Notes under the pieces: model-generated
What the model saw: only the letters and a program-made list of their open reading frames with translations
What the model was told of the DNA's origin: nothing
Databases searched by the model: none
Made by a program: the position numbers and the translations under genes
Part shown: piece by piece, positions 1 to 12,442 of the stretch
Layout of the letters: each line of letters begins with the position of its first letter
Position numbering within the stretch: the stretch's first letter is position 1
Assembly: GCA_030141605.1 (NCBI GenBank)
Contig: JAQGDQ010000074.1
Coordinates: 62,001 to 126,000 of the forward strand
Direction of reading: 5' to 3'
Source: Tubiluchus corallicola
Taxonomy: Eukaryota; Animalia; Priapulida
Length of the DNA stretch: 64,000 nucleotides

Positions 1-3000
1 TTTTCCCACCATAAAAATCTAAGGACATCGCGATCCTCTGCAGGCACCTTCACTTCGTGAAACATGCATTCAATATCAGCCATCAAAGCTATTTGGTTTT
101 CTCTAAATCTAAGCAAAACACCGATCAGTTTATTTGTTAAAACAGGACCCTGCATAACGTTCCTATTTAGAGTAGTACCTGCGAATTGAACTGCACAATT
201 AAAGACGATTCTCGTTTTATCTGGTTTGTTTATATTTCTGACTGCAAAATGGGGCAAATACCATATCTTTCCAGGTCTTCCATTAACACCTTTGGCATTT
301 ATTTCCTCAGCATAACCCTTATTCAGCATATTTGAGATTTCTGCAGTATACTTCTCTAGCAATGCATTGTCCCTTTGTAACTTGTTCTTGAGCCCCTGCA
401 GCATAGACTGTACCACAGGTAAATTGTTTGGAAGCTCAGGATTCTCACTTCGGAATGGTATGGGCAATTGATAGTGATTATCCTCAGTTAGGGTTACTGA
501 ATCCTCCCACAATTTGATCACCTTGACATCTTCTTTGGAATAATGATTTTCGTCTTCACACATTTCCATCTGCCAAAACTGGGCGACAATGCTGTCAAGA
601 TCTGCAGTGGCTTGGACATAGTTACTGATGATTGCTTTGCTGCTTGTGTACCCTATTGGCCCATTAAGAGCCCACCCTAGTATAGTCCTGGATGCCCAAG
701 GAGCTCCTCGTGGCCCTGTTCTGACCTCTAATGGAATCATCACGATAGGCACATCCTGACCAATCAAAAGCCCCACTTCAGGTTCTCCCAAACCGCCAGA
801 GGTCAATGGTATGTCCTGCATGTGTGGCCATTTTTTAGGTCTTTCAATTCTGGCAGAGTTTCTCCCTTTAATCTTGACGAAGGTCTGGTGTACACTTCAG
901 GAAGCGTTATGAATTCATCTTTTTCCATGCTCATCACTTGCAAACTCACCACCTTGGCTGTAAATTCGCTATTTTCCCTTTCCAAAGTAGTCAGTGATAA
1001 GGCAACATCCTTTCCATCTACGCCCAATTTAGCGGCTAGCTCCTCAGTGTAAAATGTATTTGTGCTACCTGAATCCAAGAAAGCCAGAGTCTCGAGTGGC
1101 ATTCTTTGTTTTTGAGATTGTACAAGAACCTTTACAACGGGTAAAATAATCTTTTTGCGCATTGTATATCTTTCAACATAACCATTTTGGACAGAACACT
1201 TGCTGCTAGCTTCTCTCATATTGCTATCTTCATCATCCTGCCTGCCTTGCTTAAATTTACTCAGGTGTAAGAAAGTGGAATGGCTTCTTTGACAGACATT
1301 GCATCTTTTGCTCATACGACACTCATAGCTGCTATGATTGGGCTTTAAACATTTAAAGCAAAGTCTCTTCTCTCTGGCTAGCTCCAGTCTTTCTTCAGGC
1401 TTCATGGCATTAAAGTCTGCACATTCAGTTATAAAGTGTTCACCAGTGCAAATGCTACACGTAGATCTCTTCGATTCGCCTGCTATTTTAGACAAAAAAC
1501 TTGTTTGGCAACTTGCTTTAGCATCCTTTCTTGTTGTGAGTTTCTGGGTTTCCTTTCTTTTTCGGTCGATATATCCTAAATTCCCCAAAACTGGATCATT
1601 TGCCTGTAAAGCTGCTGTTTCCACAAAATGAACTACATCATCAATCGTTGGACTCCTTTCTTGGCTCATTCTAATTTTATATGCCTCTGTCTTCCACCTT
1701 GTTTGGAGATAAATTGGGAGTTTCTCAAGTATACACAAAAGATTTGTTTGGTTATTTATTTCTTCTCTTTTGTCAATACTGGCCAGTATTCCTTGAGCCA
1801 TTCTCAAGTCATCTGCAAAATGCATTAATTCTTCTCGGCCCTTAACAGCCTTCGTTTCTCTAATCTGTGTTAGCCAAGATTCAACTATGTTGTAAGAATT
1901 CCCAAACCGCTCATAAAGCATCTTCTTCGCCTTTGCGTAGGCCTCATTAGGAGGCATGAGCAAGCAGCTTTCCACCACCTTTCTTGCTCTTCCTGTACAA
2001 TAATGTAGTAAGCGCAGAAGATTGGCATGACTATCTACAGAAACTCTCTCTACTGCATGTTCAAAAGTCTTCATAAACAGATGAAACTTTAATGGGTCTC
2101 CATCAAAATACATCATCTCCACCTTAGGCAAGCTTGCACTTTCAGAATTTATTTGCCGACTTATTTCTCCTGTGTGTGTTTTGTTTCCTTCGCTGTGAGC
2201 ATGACATACATCGTCACATCTATTGTCACAACCACAACATCGTGTTGAGATTGGTGCACTTCCTTGAGATGAATGATTTGGCTGTCTCACTGCTTCTTCA
2301 CACATTTCAACCCACCGCTTTGTCTCATCCCTTTTATGTGCAAGCAAAGATGGGAGTTCCTTCTTTTCTTCTTCTTCTACTTTCTCATCGACTTCAAACT
2401 TGGCGAGCACCCTTTCTTCAGCTTCCAGCATTTTAATTTCAGCTTGTTCTTACAATTCGCTCATTTTCATTTGATACAATCGCTGCTCCTTTTCTGCCTT
2501 TGCTCTTCTCTGATATTCACAAAGCTCAAGGTTTCTCATCTTTTCCATGATGGATGCCTTTGCTTGTAGAGCGGCTCTTTTTGCTGCTACCATGGCCCGT
2601 GCACTGGCAACACTGCTTACGCTTTTATAGCTGAGCTTTCCGCTACTCCCAGCAATGGAATGGTTGTCTTTACTATGTGACTGGTCGTGTTCATCCTGGA
2701 TGGGTTTTAGACAAGAATTTATTTTTGCGTGCATTTCATTAACGTTTCCCATGACAAATTTATATCCCTCTCGCATATTAGCAATCTCATCAGGGGTTCC
2801 ATTACATTCCCTAACAGCTGCGTAACAATCTTCAAAGGAATTTTTGTAGTCTGTAACGATATTTTCTAATTCAGCTTGCTTTAAAAGGAGCTCATCTTGC
2901 TTCCATTCTTGTAGATTTTTCATCAAGTAATTTATCTTTTTTGTTAATCGACCCTGCTGTGTACTTAGTCTTCTTTTGCATTCTTGTAAATATGCTGGGC

Positions 3001-3109
3001 AATCGTCACCCCCTAATGTTTGCTCCTTGTCGCCTTGTTCAACTGACTTTTCGAAGCCAATTGCCTCGGCTGAGAGATCAGCTTTTGGCTTGAAGAGATC
3101 CTTTTCCAT
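1..3109 (-). pseudogene. Disrupted gag-pro-pol polyprotein of the BEL/Pao element
   Basis: First ATG at 3109. ORFs 2450..3133 and 803..2431 are the same frame, separated only by TAA at 2450-2452 and 6 sense codons. At 831-836 an A6 run (one more A restores the frame) shifts from ...LKDLK to WPHMQDIP...VGLLIGQD...TILGWALNGP, which stays open to position 1. Confidence 0.88.
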
Positions 3110-4237
3110 ATTTTGTCTGTTGACGTTGTGCACTTAAAACCTGCTCATTCTGCTTTGTTACCAAGCAACATTAACATAAGCTATATGATACACACTACAT
3201 AAGCATTAAAAATTACAATCCTATTGTACTTAAATGTACATGTATCATTCTAAAGCTATAGTTGCTATTTGTACTTAAAACTTATCAGACGCTTAAATAT
3301 GAGGCATAAATCCTAAGTTTCACCAAAGTTATTCAAACTGTCATTAAATACCCGGATTCTACGTGCCGGTAAACATACAAACATACAGACAGCGTGTATC
3401 AGCAAACCTATGGCCTTAATATGTAGACAAGAACTTTACCACAGATCTCACACTTTAACATAAATCGTGGCTTGGTATAGCAGCAGTTCACTTACCATGT
3501 ATTAATGTTATACCGATTAAAGAAAACGTAATTATTAAATTAAACCCCATATTGCAAATTAGTTCAACATTCAACCATGCTTTCTGTTGAGCTTTCACAG
3601 GCTTAGGATAATGCTTGATTAAGCATTGTAGATTATGTTGGGTAACTTAGTAGATTTTCGAATTTTTTAAGCAGCTACAGCACGGTATAAATTTTGTCAA
3701 AATGAGCAGTTGATTCAGCGTTGTTCACTGAAAACATTTGACACAACACAAACATTGCATAATATCATATATTCGAACTTCAATAAACTGTACACAATAA
3801 GTGCTATATCTCTAACTTGCTTCGATTAGATCAGCTGATGCACGGCAGCGTGGGAGTTTACTACTTGGCTGGATTCCAGCAGGTCTGTTTACATTCGCCG
3901 TATCTGTTGCGGTTCATGTTACTAGTTCCCAGGGCTCCTTAGTTGAAGCTGTATATCATTGGAAGACAATCGCGTGCGCTGTAGCTCGATGAAGGTTCAT
4001 TGGGAGTCAGGTTCGCCCTGAGTACGTTTCTTCCTGACCTCTGCAAGGTCGCCTGCGTCACAGGCTTGTGTTCGATATTGATTGGTTGCTCGCTGTACGG
4101 CATTCACTACATTTACTACGTCGCACCGGTGTGTAAGATGCTGATTGGCTGTTCGTCTGGACAGTGAAGCAGGTTACAAGGACTGCCTGTAAAATGTTGC
4201 TGGAAGAGTAATTTTCAAGGCTTAGACAGCTTTTTAC

Positions 4238-4712
4238 TGACGATTATTGTCTTTTCAGGCAATGATCTATTGTCCAAAATTATGCCACCAGGTTCTCTGG
4301 TATCTGGCCTCCTCGTCTACTATAATACTGTTTCTCGTTTCTCTATCGTTATTCGCAAATAATGATAGAATATTGAAGTGTACTACAGCCATGGTGGAAG
4401 AGCCGATAATAAACTGTTGTGAACAGAAAGCCTTCACTATTTGATTCATGCTCCAAAGTCGTTTATTCTAAACAGAATAATAAAAAGAACATTAACAAGT
4501 AAGAAAATGAATAAAATGATAAACTGAAGCTCAGTAATTACAAAGAAGTCAACTTATTGGCAAAGTACTTTCTCAAACTTGAGAGATTGAATTCACAACT
4601 TAATTAAATTATTTAAATTGATGTAACTCACATCGTTGGCTCTTCGTCAAGATTTAAAATTTCTCAAGGTACAAAATTCGGTTATGACTAAACGATGTTA
4701 TTAAATGTAACA
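4238..4712 (-). repeat. Putative 5' LTR of the BEL/Pao element
   Basis: On the minus strand it begins TGTTAC (4712) and ends ...CGTCA (4238), followed by GTAAAAAGCTG. Minus-strand AATAAA near 4462-4467. The second LTR is not in the window, so the ends are unverified. Confidence 0.35.
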
Positions 4713-4899
4713 CAATAACGACAAAAACATTGCTGTGATAAAAAAACACGACCACCATTGTTCCCCTCCTGTCCTTTCCTCCTCACTCGTAGAGGGCAGC
4801 ACCTTTCAATACATAGGTGTCGTTATGCATATTGCCGTTACAATAACACTCCCTCTGAAAACATATGTTTTTTGTACATGGTGTTTGGTCAAGTTTAGT

Positions 4900-5100
4900 G
4901 AAAAAAAGAATATTTTGGCAGTTTTCACCCCACCCAGTCCTAAAATTTGCGTCAAAATGCATGTTTCTTGACCCCTCCTCAACTTTTCCACAAATTTTCG
5001 TGGAAATCTGTCATGTAGTTTTTGCATAATAGACTTACAACTATAACAGACAAAAACGAACAAACAGTGTTGAAACATAACTTCCTTGGCAGAGGTAAGA
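4900..5100. mobile_element. Non-autonomous Helentron/HINE-like repeat end
   Basis: Ends ...acaaacagtgttgaaacataacttccttggcagaggtaa, a short hairpin terminus resembling the widespread AACCTCCTTGGCGGAGGTAA repeat end. Family assignment is from recall only. Confidence 0.4.
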
Positions 5101-6044
5101 GTAACCATAACAATTATCCCCACGTACAGTAACATGTGACATGTCCACACAGCTTGTCTTTAAAATTCCTTTTGACGTTGCTAACTAATAAAAAATTAGG
5201 CATTTTCATAACAGTATTACATGGCCTGTGATACGCAGCTGCGACTAAATGTCCCGAAAGAACAGGCGTTAAGTGAGCTCTGAAGAGGTGTGAGAAAATC
5301 TTGATTGGGCAGTCAACGAGAATGATTGACGTTATGGTTATGCTTAACGTTAATTCTAAAAAGAAGACTATCATAAGCATAAAGATAATAGTTCAGTCTG
5401 TCAAGGCCAAAGTTTGCCTGGATACCTAATCAATATAAGAGTAGTCACAAGTTATTACTTTGTCGTCATCAGGAAAGGTTTTGTCTGCCTATCGTTTCAA
5501 GGAAGGTATGAAATATGTTATGTCCGCTATCTCGTCTTAATTGGTGACTATAGGTTCCGAAATGATGGGGCCGCATTATTGCAATCAAAATAATTAGCGA
5601 AGATGCGCGATTTTCATAAAAACACACTTTACTGTGGGGGGGGGGGAAGGTCAAAAGGCCACCACCGACAAAAGATTTCGTACATTAGAATCGTACATAT
5701 AGCGCGGTAAGAAAACACTCAACTGTTCATTACACTAACAGATAAAAAACTAATCTGATGACTTAAAAAAGCATTGACGAAAAATCGTTTTGTCAAATAG
5801 GCTCAAAGATTCAATTACTGTTCTGGGAGATTTTTTACTATAAAACAGCCGTTTTATAACTGATGGTGTTGGCCTAATTACGGTCTCTCGCTTTTCATAG
5901 ATTTGATATTTATTCAAACTTACTACATTAAACGTAATGTTTGGTCGGCTCTTCTTTCCTCATGCGAACTCTTTTTAGTCCGGAACTACTTTTCTGAATA
6001 TTGTTGTCGTTGTCGGGATGGCCTTTTGAAAAAAGCCTGAGGTT

Positions 6045-6412
6045 CTGCCAATTGCAATGGTCAGGAAATTTTATGGAAACATACTAGAACAAATTCCGCT
6101 GCGCTGACGCAGTTTGGATTTTCGATTTGCCATTTTGAAATTATTTCCAAAAACACCCTAAAGCACCGCCAGTTCGCAACGGATCATCATGAAACTTTAT
6201 AGAAATGTATTAAAATAAAGTCGGATCGACCGACGGAGTCGCATTTTTAATCTGCTATCTTAAATTCAATAACATCATAATTGGTAAGAGCCGGAGGTTT
6301 CACCAATTTTCAACGGATCGTAATAAAACTTTTTAAGAGCATACTAGAATTAATTCTGCACCGACCGACTAAATCAGATTTCTAACCGCCATTTTGTATT
6401 TAAGATGGCGGT
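6045..6412 (+). repeat. Three degenerate ~125-130 bp tandem units of a dispersed repeat
   Basis: Units share caa(c/t)gg-atc..aaacttt..(c)ata(c/t)ta(g/a)aa..aa(t/g)tc(c/g)g..cgaccgac..tc(g/a)gattt..gccattttg. A related unit lies on the minus strand at about 25165-25240. Confidence 0.65.
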
Positions 6413-6884
6413 AAACACATCTTTTCCAACAGCATAACGGCTGTGTTGTAGACCCGTGAAGACACGTTTGCACCACAACATGCCACAAGTTTTAGAAATT
6501 CATTACCATCAAAGGTTTGGAAAGAACTGTTTCTTATCTAACCGAAGCCAAAAAACGTGTTAAATGTTCATAAATGCATGCATGCGCACTCAGACACTGC
6601 GTGAGTACTGAACACTTAGCGGGTTTGTTGGGGTTCAAGGTCTAATGTAAAAACATAGAATTAATCGTAAAGTCAATTTGCTCACGTCTGGAGTCCTGAG
6701 TTAGCCATTTGCGTTAAAAATTGAATACACAAACAGTTCTGTTGTTCTATTTAGGTGCACTTTGTGTTTTCAAGGCCAGTGCAATTGCTTAGGAAGCTAC
6801 ATTCAGTTTGGTGGTACGAAATAATACAGTGAGTCACTCATCAAGTTGTCACATTTTGAATGCGCAACGCAGACTCGTGTGTGT

Positions 6885-6990
6885 GTGAAGCGTGAGAGCA
6901 TGAGCCCCTATGGCCCAGTGGGCCGTGAAGCATGAAGCATGAAGTATGAAGTATGAAGCGTGAGGCATGAAGCATGAGTTTCTATGGCCT
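6885..6990. repeat. 7-mer minisatellite (TGAAGCA/TGAAGTA)n
   Basis: gtgaagcatgaagcatgaagtatgaagtatgaagcgtgaggcatgaagcatgag, about 160-260 bp upstream of the SLC22-A ATG. Confidence 0.8.
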
Positions 6991-7151
6991 GGCAGCCTAA
7001 TGCATGCACTGCTGTATTGTGTAGTTATTGTAAAGACTGCAGTGCGTGAGGAATTTTATTTATGCAGCTAAGATTGAATCATTGAACAAACGTAAAATGT
7101 AAATTAAAATTTCGCAGCATGTATAACGTGACAAAAGATTTGTGAAACAAC

Positions 7152-8477
7152 ATGTTAGTAGATGACCTATTAGCTGAAATTGGGCTCGGGAAAACGCAAA
7201 TCATAGTTTTCGTCGCGCTGTGCTGGCCTACCTTTCCCAATGTATGGCACCTGTTTGTGACGAATTTCATAGGAGACTTGCCAGAATTTTATTGCAAACA
7301 ATGGAATATGCTGCGAGAAAGTGATTTTGGAAACAGTGACTTCGTTAACGTATCGACTTTTGCATCGTCCGACGTTAGTTTATTGCCAACGTTGCGTAAT
7401 TTAAATTATTCTGAGAGAAAGTACGTCAACTTGCATTTAGATGACCAATGTGATATAACATTAAATCGTACTCAGTATACGTGTTCCGAGTGGTTGTACG
7501 TGGATGATCACTCCAGTTTTGTATCACAAGTACGTATTCGAAATAATTTTAATTTAGATTTCAACCGATTGGGCATAATAGAATTGCACACTGCAAAGCG
7601 TCGCAACGGAGTGTTGAATTTGGTTAATTTAATTTTAATAACATGCAAGAAATTTACTTTATTAGACAAATTTTGTTTATGCATCTTTCCTCCAGACTTT
7701 GTGTGCACATTGCGTAGTATGGGAGTATAATTAAGTAACTTTTCTCTTACTTTTATTAATGAACGCGTGACTGGTTGCTGTTGTTGTTGTCGTTGTCGTC
7801 GTCGTCATTGTCGTGCCGCCGCGATACTGATGATAATGATTACTGTGCCGATGCCACAGTCGTTTTTATTGATACCGAATATTGTCATCATAGCCGCAGT
7901 GGTAGCAGTAGTAAGTAATACAAACTTACTAGAACCAGCAGCAATTACAAGAACTACACAACAGCAGTTACAAAATTGACATAGTTAGAGGGCGCAGCAA
8001 CGTGTCAATAACAAAAAATCGAAACCGTGAAGCGAGCGACACATACATATTCCAATGCACAGCAGAGTTTATGACGGGACACATTAAAAGTCGCACTAAA
8101 AAGCTAGCGTTTAATTTCATTTATTGGAATTTGTCAGTCTAATTATAATTCTCGCTTTTATGTGGTGTTTTACCCAGTGCTCAAATGCACTTGTTAAATG
8201 CTAGTGGTGCTGACAACCCGCTGGCATTGGCATAGCAATGTCTAGTTTTTTGCTGGATTACTGCTTCGTTTACCTGTTTTGAGGGCGGAGATCTTTTATT
8301 TTAGAATTCTGCTTGCCCAATCTGTACAATTAAATGGGCATATAATGATGATAATAGACCGCCCTAAACAGTCATGATTTCGCAATAAATAAATAAATAC
8401 ACCGCGTGATCACCGATGTATGAATAACAATCATTGCGATGGTGATAAGGGTGGTGGTGGTGATGCTGCTGCTGCTG

Positions 8478-8543
<66 letters not shown>

Positions 8544-11425
8544 ATCACAAATAACTATTAAAAGTTGTGTTTTGTTTGCATATGTTAGTCTGGGATTCTA
8601 ACTGTATCACTTACTAAGGTCATTTTAAACGACTAAAAATTATTTTCATGCTAAGATGCAAAGATAACTGCACGTGACCAAGTGAAATCAGTTAAAAAAC
8701 TTTCTGTAATTATAATAGACTTACTTGTAATTGTTGTTTTCATTTTTATTTTAGTTCGATCTTGTCTGTGATAGAACTTGGATGATTCATCTCTCGTCTA
8801 CAGTGATCATGGCTGGTGATATGGTTGCCGTTCTCTTGGGCCCTACTCTTTCAGACATGTTTGGAAGAAAACCTGTCAATTTGCTTAGTACCTGGTTGTT
8901 CCTACTTTTTGGACTTGCCAACACCCTCACATCAAATTACGTTGTATATCTAGTCTTGCGGTTTATTGTTGGCTTTATCAAAACTGTGAGTAACATTACT
9001 GATACCTTAACAAGTTGGAGAAAATATTTTATATTGATTTTGTTACTATGTGGAGCCTTTTACATACTCATACTCATTTTGTAAGATACACTATGTAGTT
9101 TTAGATTTAGAGCTGATTTTTTTCAGATGTCATCTCAGATGGATAAATATAAGATTATCATGATTATATTAATGGAGACTAAATTTTTACATTTATAGAT
9201 TCAGTTTTATTCTGGTTATACTCTAATGTGCGAGTGGTTTCCCCCAAATCGCCGTTCAATACCTGGTTGCGCAAATATGCTATTTTGGGCTGGAGGGGTG
9301 ATGAGCCTTCCTGGATTAATGTACTTGGTGCCTCATTGGAGATTGGCTACGATAATTATTACAGTTCCTCTAGCAACAACTTTATTGTATCCATTGTAAG
9401 TTTTACAACTTCTGAGATAAACAACAAATACGTTGGTGTGGACGCCAGCACATCACCTGACATCCTGCCTTTTATTGTTATTTTGCGTCAGTTTTCTATC
9501 CTGAGTGTTTTGTTTTGCTGTGTCTTGTTGTTTTGTCTTACTTATTTCTTCCGCCCATTCCATATTCTAGTTTATTTCGCCTTGACGTACCCAACTTGTA
9601 CCCAAAACGTAAGATAAGCTATCAATTTTCAATTAACCATTGTAGTAGAGAATATTGGCTTCTTTAAGAAATAAAAAGTAGTGTGTTGCTTCATAAATTT
9701 AATACGCTTTTCATAATAATCTAGTTTTTTCTACAGACCTTGTTACTAGTTCAAGGTCACATTCTTTAAAGCCTTTTACTAGAAATTTATGCAGTTTCTG
9801 TGTGTCACGTCACTCATTTCTATACCTTTTGGTAGAAGTAGAAGGCGCTGTAGCTTCTGGACTAGTGCTGCATGTTGCGCATTTTCATACCTTTTTTGCA
9901 AAAATGGGAGTGGCAACACTTACCCAGAAAGTTTACATTCATTTTGATGATATTGTTTGGGATATGGCAAGACCTTTGCTTGACTGTTTGGTAAAAATTG
10001 CTAGCCTTTAGTACTTGCTGATTACTGGTCTACTGCACCTGCTGATACATTGCCGCAATCGTGTTGCATCAGCATAACCGTAGTACTAGTACATAAACGT
10101 AAACATAAATTGTAAAATAAATTACTTTTGTTTTAGCTTCTTTGAGTGCATCCAGGCATGCCTTTTATTGTATTTCCCGCTTAGGTTTCTTCCCGAATCT
10201 CCTCATTGGTACTATGCTCAAGGTCACTTTGGTGAAGCAGAAGAAGTGTTAAAGAAGGCTGCAAGTTGGAACAACGTCGTTTTATCTCGGGTATGCAATG
10301 CACTTCATCTATGGCCTAATTTCTAAATTTTGCATAATTACTTTTTGCCGCTTTTGTATTACATTATTAACCAATGTCAGCAGCCCACATTAATATTATT
10401 TGTGTCATATGCAATTGAGAGTTTCATTGTCATAAGCCTCGGGAGCAATTCTCCACTTTGTTTTCATCTTGTTTGCTTTACAGACGACGTTGGACAACAT
10501 TAAAAGCAGGCCAAAACTGAAAGAAACATCAAAAAAGAGTACAAAAACAAGTATGATAGACGTTGCACGAACGCCAATGCTCAGAATGTATGCTGGATTA
10601 TTGTGTCTACCCTGGTTAGTATAATTAAACACCAAACAAATCAACAGTTTTTTCCAGGCTCTTTTTGTTTTGCTTTCCGTTGGCTTAAGATCTTACACCT
10701 TCAGAACTGGTTGAAAAAATTATTTCGAGTTATAAACCACAAACAAATATTTACTAACTAAAACCATGCTAGATTAACATTTAGTACAATTTCATCAGTG
10801 ATATTATATTACTTGCAGGTTCATGGCAGCGTTGGTGTATTATGGTCTGACATTGAGCACCTCAGTTTTAGTCGGGAATAAGTATTGGAACTGCTTCTTC
10901 CTAGGTTTGGTAGAAGTGCCAGCATATTTAAGCAATGTGTTTCTTTTACATATGTGAGTTTCTTTTAAATGAAAGTGAGACTATTTATACTACGATACAT
11001 CAAACGGCATTGTCTGACTAAGACAGGGGATGTGATATGTTAATTTTATCAAATATAAATTAAGCATTACATGTACGGCTTGCAGCTTGCTGTTATTGTC
11101 GCATCGCTGTTGGTGCTGGTGATTATGGGTATTGCTATGGTTGTCATTGTTGTTGATGTTCTTTTTGCTGTCGTCATTGGGTCGTGCTTCTTTGTTGCTC
11201 AATGCTGCTGTTGCTTTTTTGTGTTGGCATTGTTGTTGTTGTTGTTGTTATTGATGTTTTTGGGAAGTATTTTCATTTGCCATTGCTACTACCACTGTTG
11301 TTGTTGCTGTTGCTTTTGTTGTTGTCGTTGTTGCCATTGGTGTTGTCATTATTGTTCCCATTGGCTGTTGTTGCTGCTGCTGTTGTTGTTGTTGCTGTCG
11401 TGGTCGTGGTAATCATTGTCGTTGC

Positions 11426-11522
<97 letters not shown>

Positions 11523-12391
11523 GCTGCTGTTGCTTTGGCTGTGGCCAGGGGTACCATCGTTATTATTGATGCTGTTCTAGTGCCCATGACGACGCTTTTC
11601 TGCTGTAACTACTGTTGTTGTGTTACAGTTAGTGTGATGGTGATGCAGCTTTATAAATGTTTTGTTAAGCATTTCCCTGCACGTACCTTCAGAAGTTTTT
11701 GCTTTAATCACTGCTCAGTATCGACAGATTGCTTTGCATTTTTATGTAGATTTGGAAGACGCATTCCTTTATGTATATACCAGTTCGGAGCGGGCGTCTC
11801 GCTGTTAATAATTTTTTTCATTCCTCACACAACAAGTAAGTATAAAAGAATTTCATGTGAAGAATTATTTAGATTGAATTTGTATCCTTGTCAAACTTGA
11901 ACTGATACTAGTGCTCTCATCTTAGAATATTACCTAGGTTCATCACTAGGTAAAGCAGAGGACTTCACGTTGGTACTAATCACAACCTGTCATTTTTTTG
12001 ACAGGTTCTGGAGTTGATATGACATCACTAATTACTGTTTTGACCTTAATTGGAAAGACTGGAGTAACAGCAGTGAGTGGTGGCTTGCATTTATTAACTG
12101 CCGAAATATATCCAACTGTGGTCAGGTGCGTTATGTAAAAGAATTATTAAAAGCAAGAGTTTTGCATATCAGTCACCAAGTTAAACAAACAAACACCCAT
12201 CAGCCAATACATATAGACGATTTTTGACAACTGGACGAAAGTATTTTTGGCATCCATTCGCTTCCCCCATGGGCCTCACCCTCAAATTTGAATTTTTCTT
12301 GTACAAGTATAAAGTTACTTGTGTGTCAGGCTTGTGTGTGTGTGTGTCCATAAAAATGTTTGTAATCGCTTTCTCCTTCTTTCTCTCTCTC

Positions 12392-12442
<51 letters not shown>

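Larger units (their letters stand above)
1..4712 (-). mobile_element. BEL/Pao-family LTR retrotransposon, 5' portion (continues off the left edge)
   Basis: Gag with DUF1759-like region (FDGDPLKFHLFMKTFE...LLHYCTGRARKVVESC), three BEL-type knuckles (CSICTGEHFITEC, CFKCLKPNHSSYEC, CNVCQRSHSTFLH), aspartic protease FLDSGS. Then, in a shifted frame, Pao-type RT motifs WYLPHFAV, KTRIVFNCA, QGPVLTNKLIGVLLRFR, LMADIECMFHEV, LRFLWW. The right boundary is tentative. Confidence 0.93.

Noticed and set aside
822-2569. Several + strand ORFs
   Set aside because: Antisense shadows of the retrotransposon polyprotein.
6045-6990. Repeat arrays considered as CRISPR-like
   Set aside because: No conserved repeat with unique spacers, eukaryotic context and no cas genes.
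11071-11900. PolyV, polyT and Cys/Leu-rich ORFs (including the mucin-like polyThr on -)
   Set aside because: Translations of an intronic (GTT)n microsatellite; only 11750-11835 is a real SLC22 exon.
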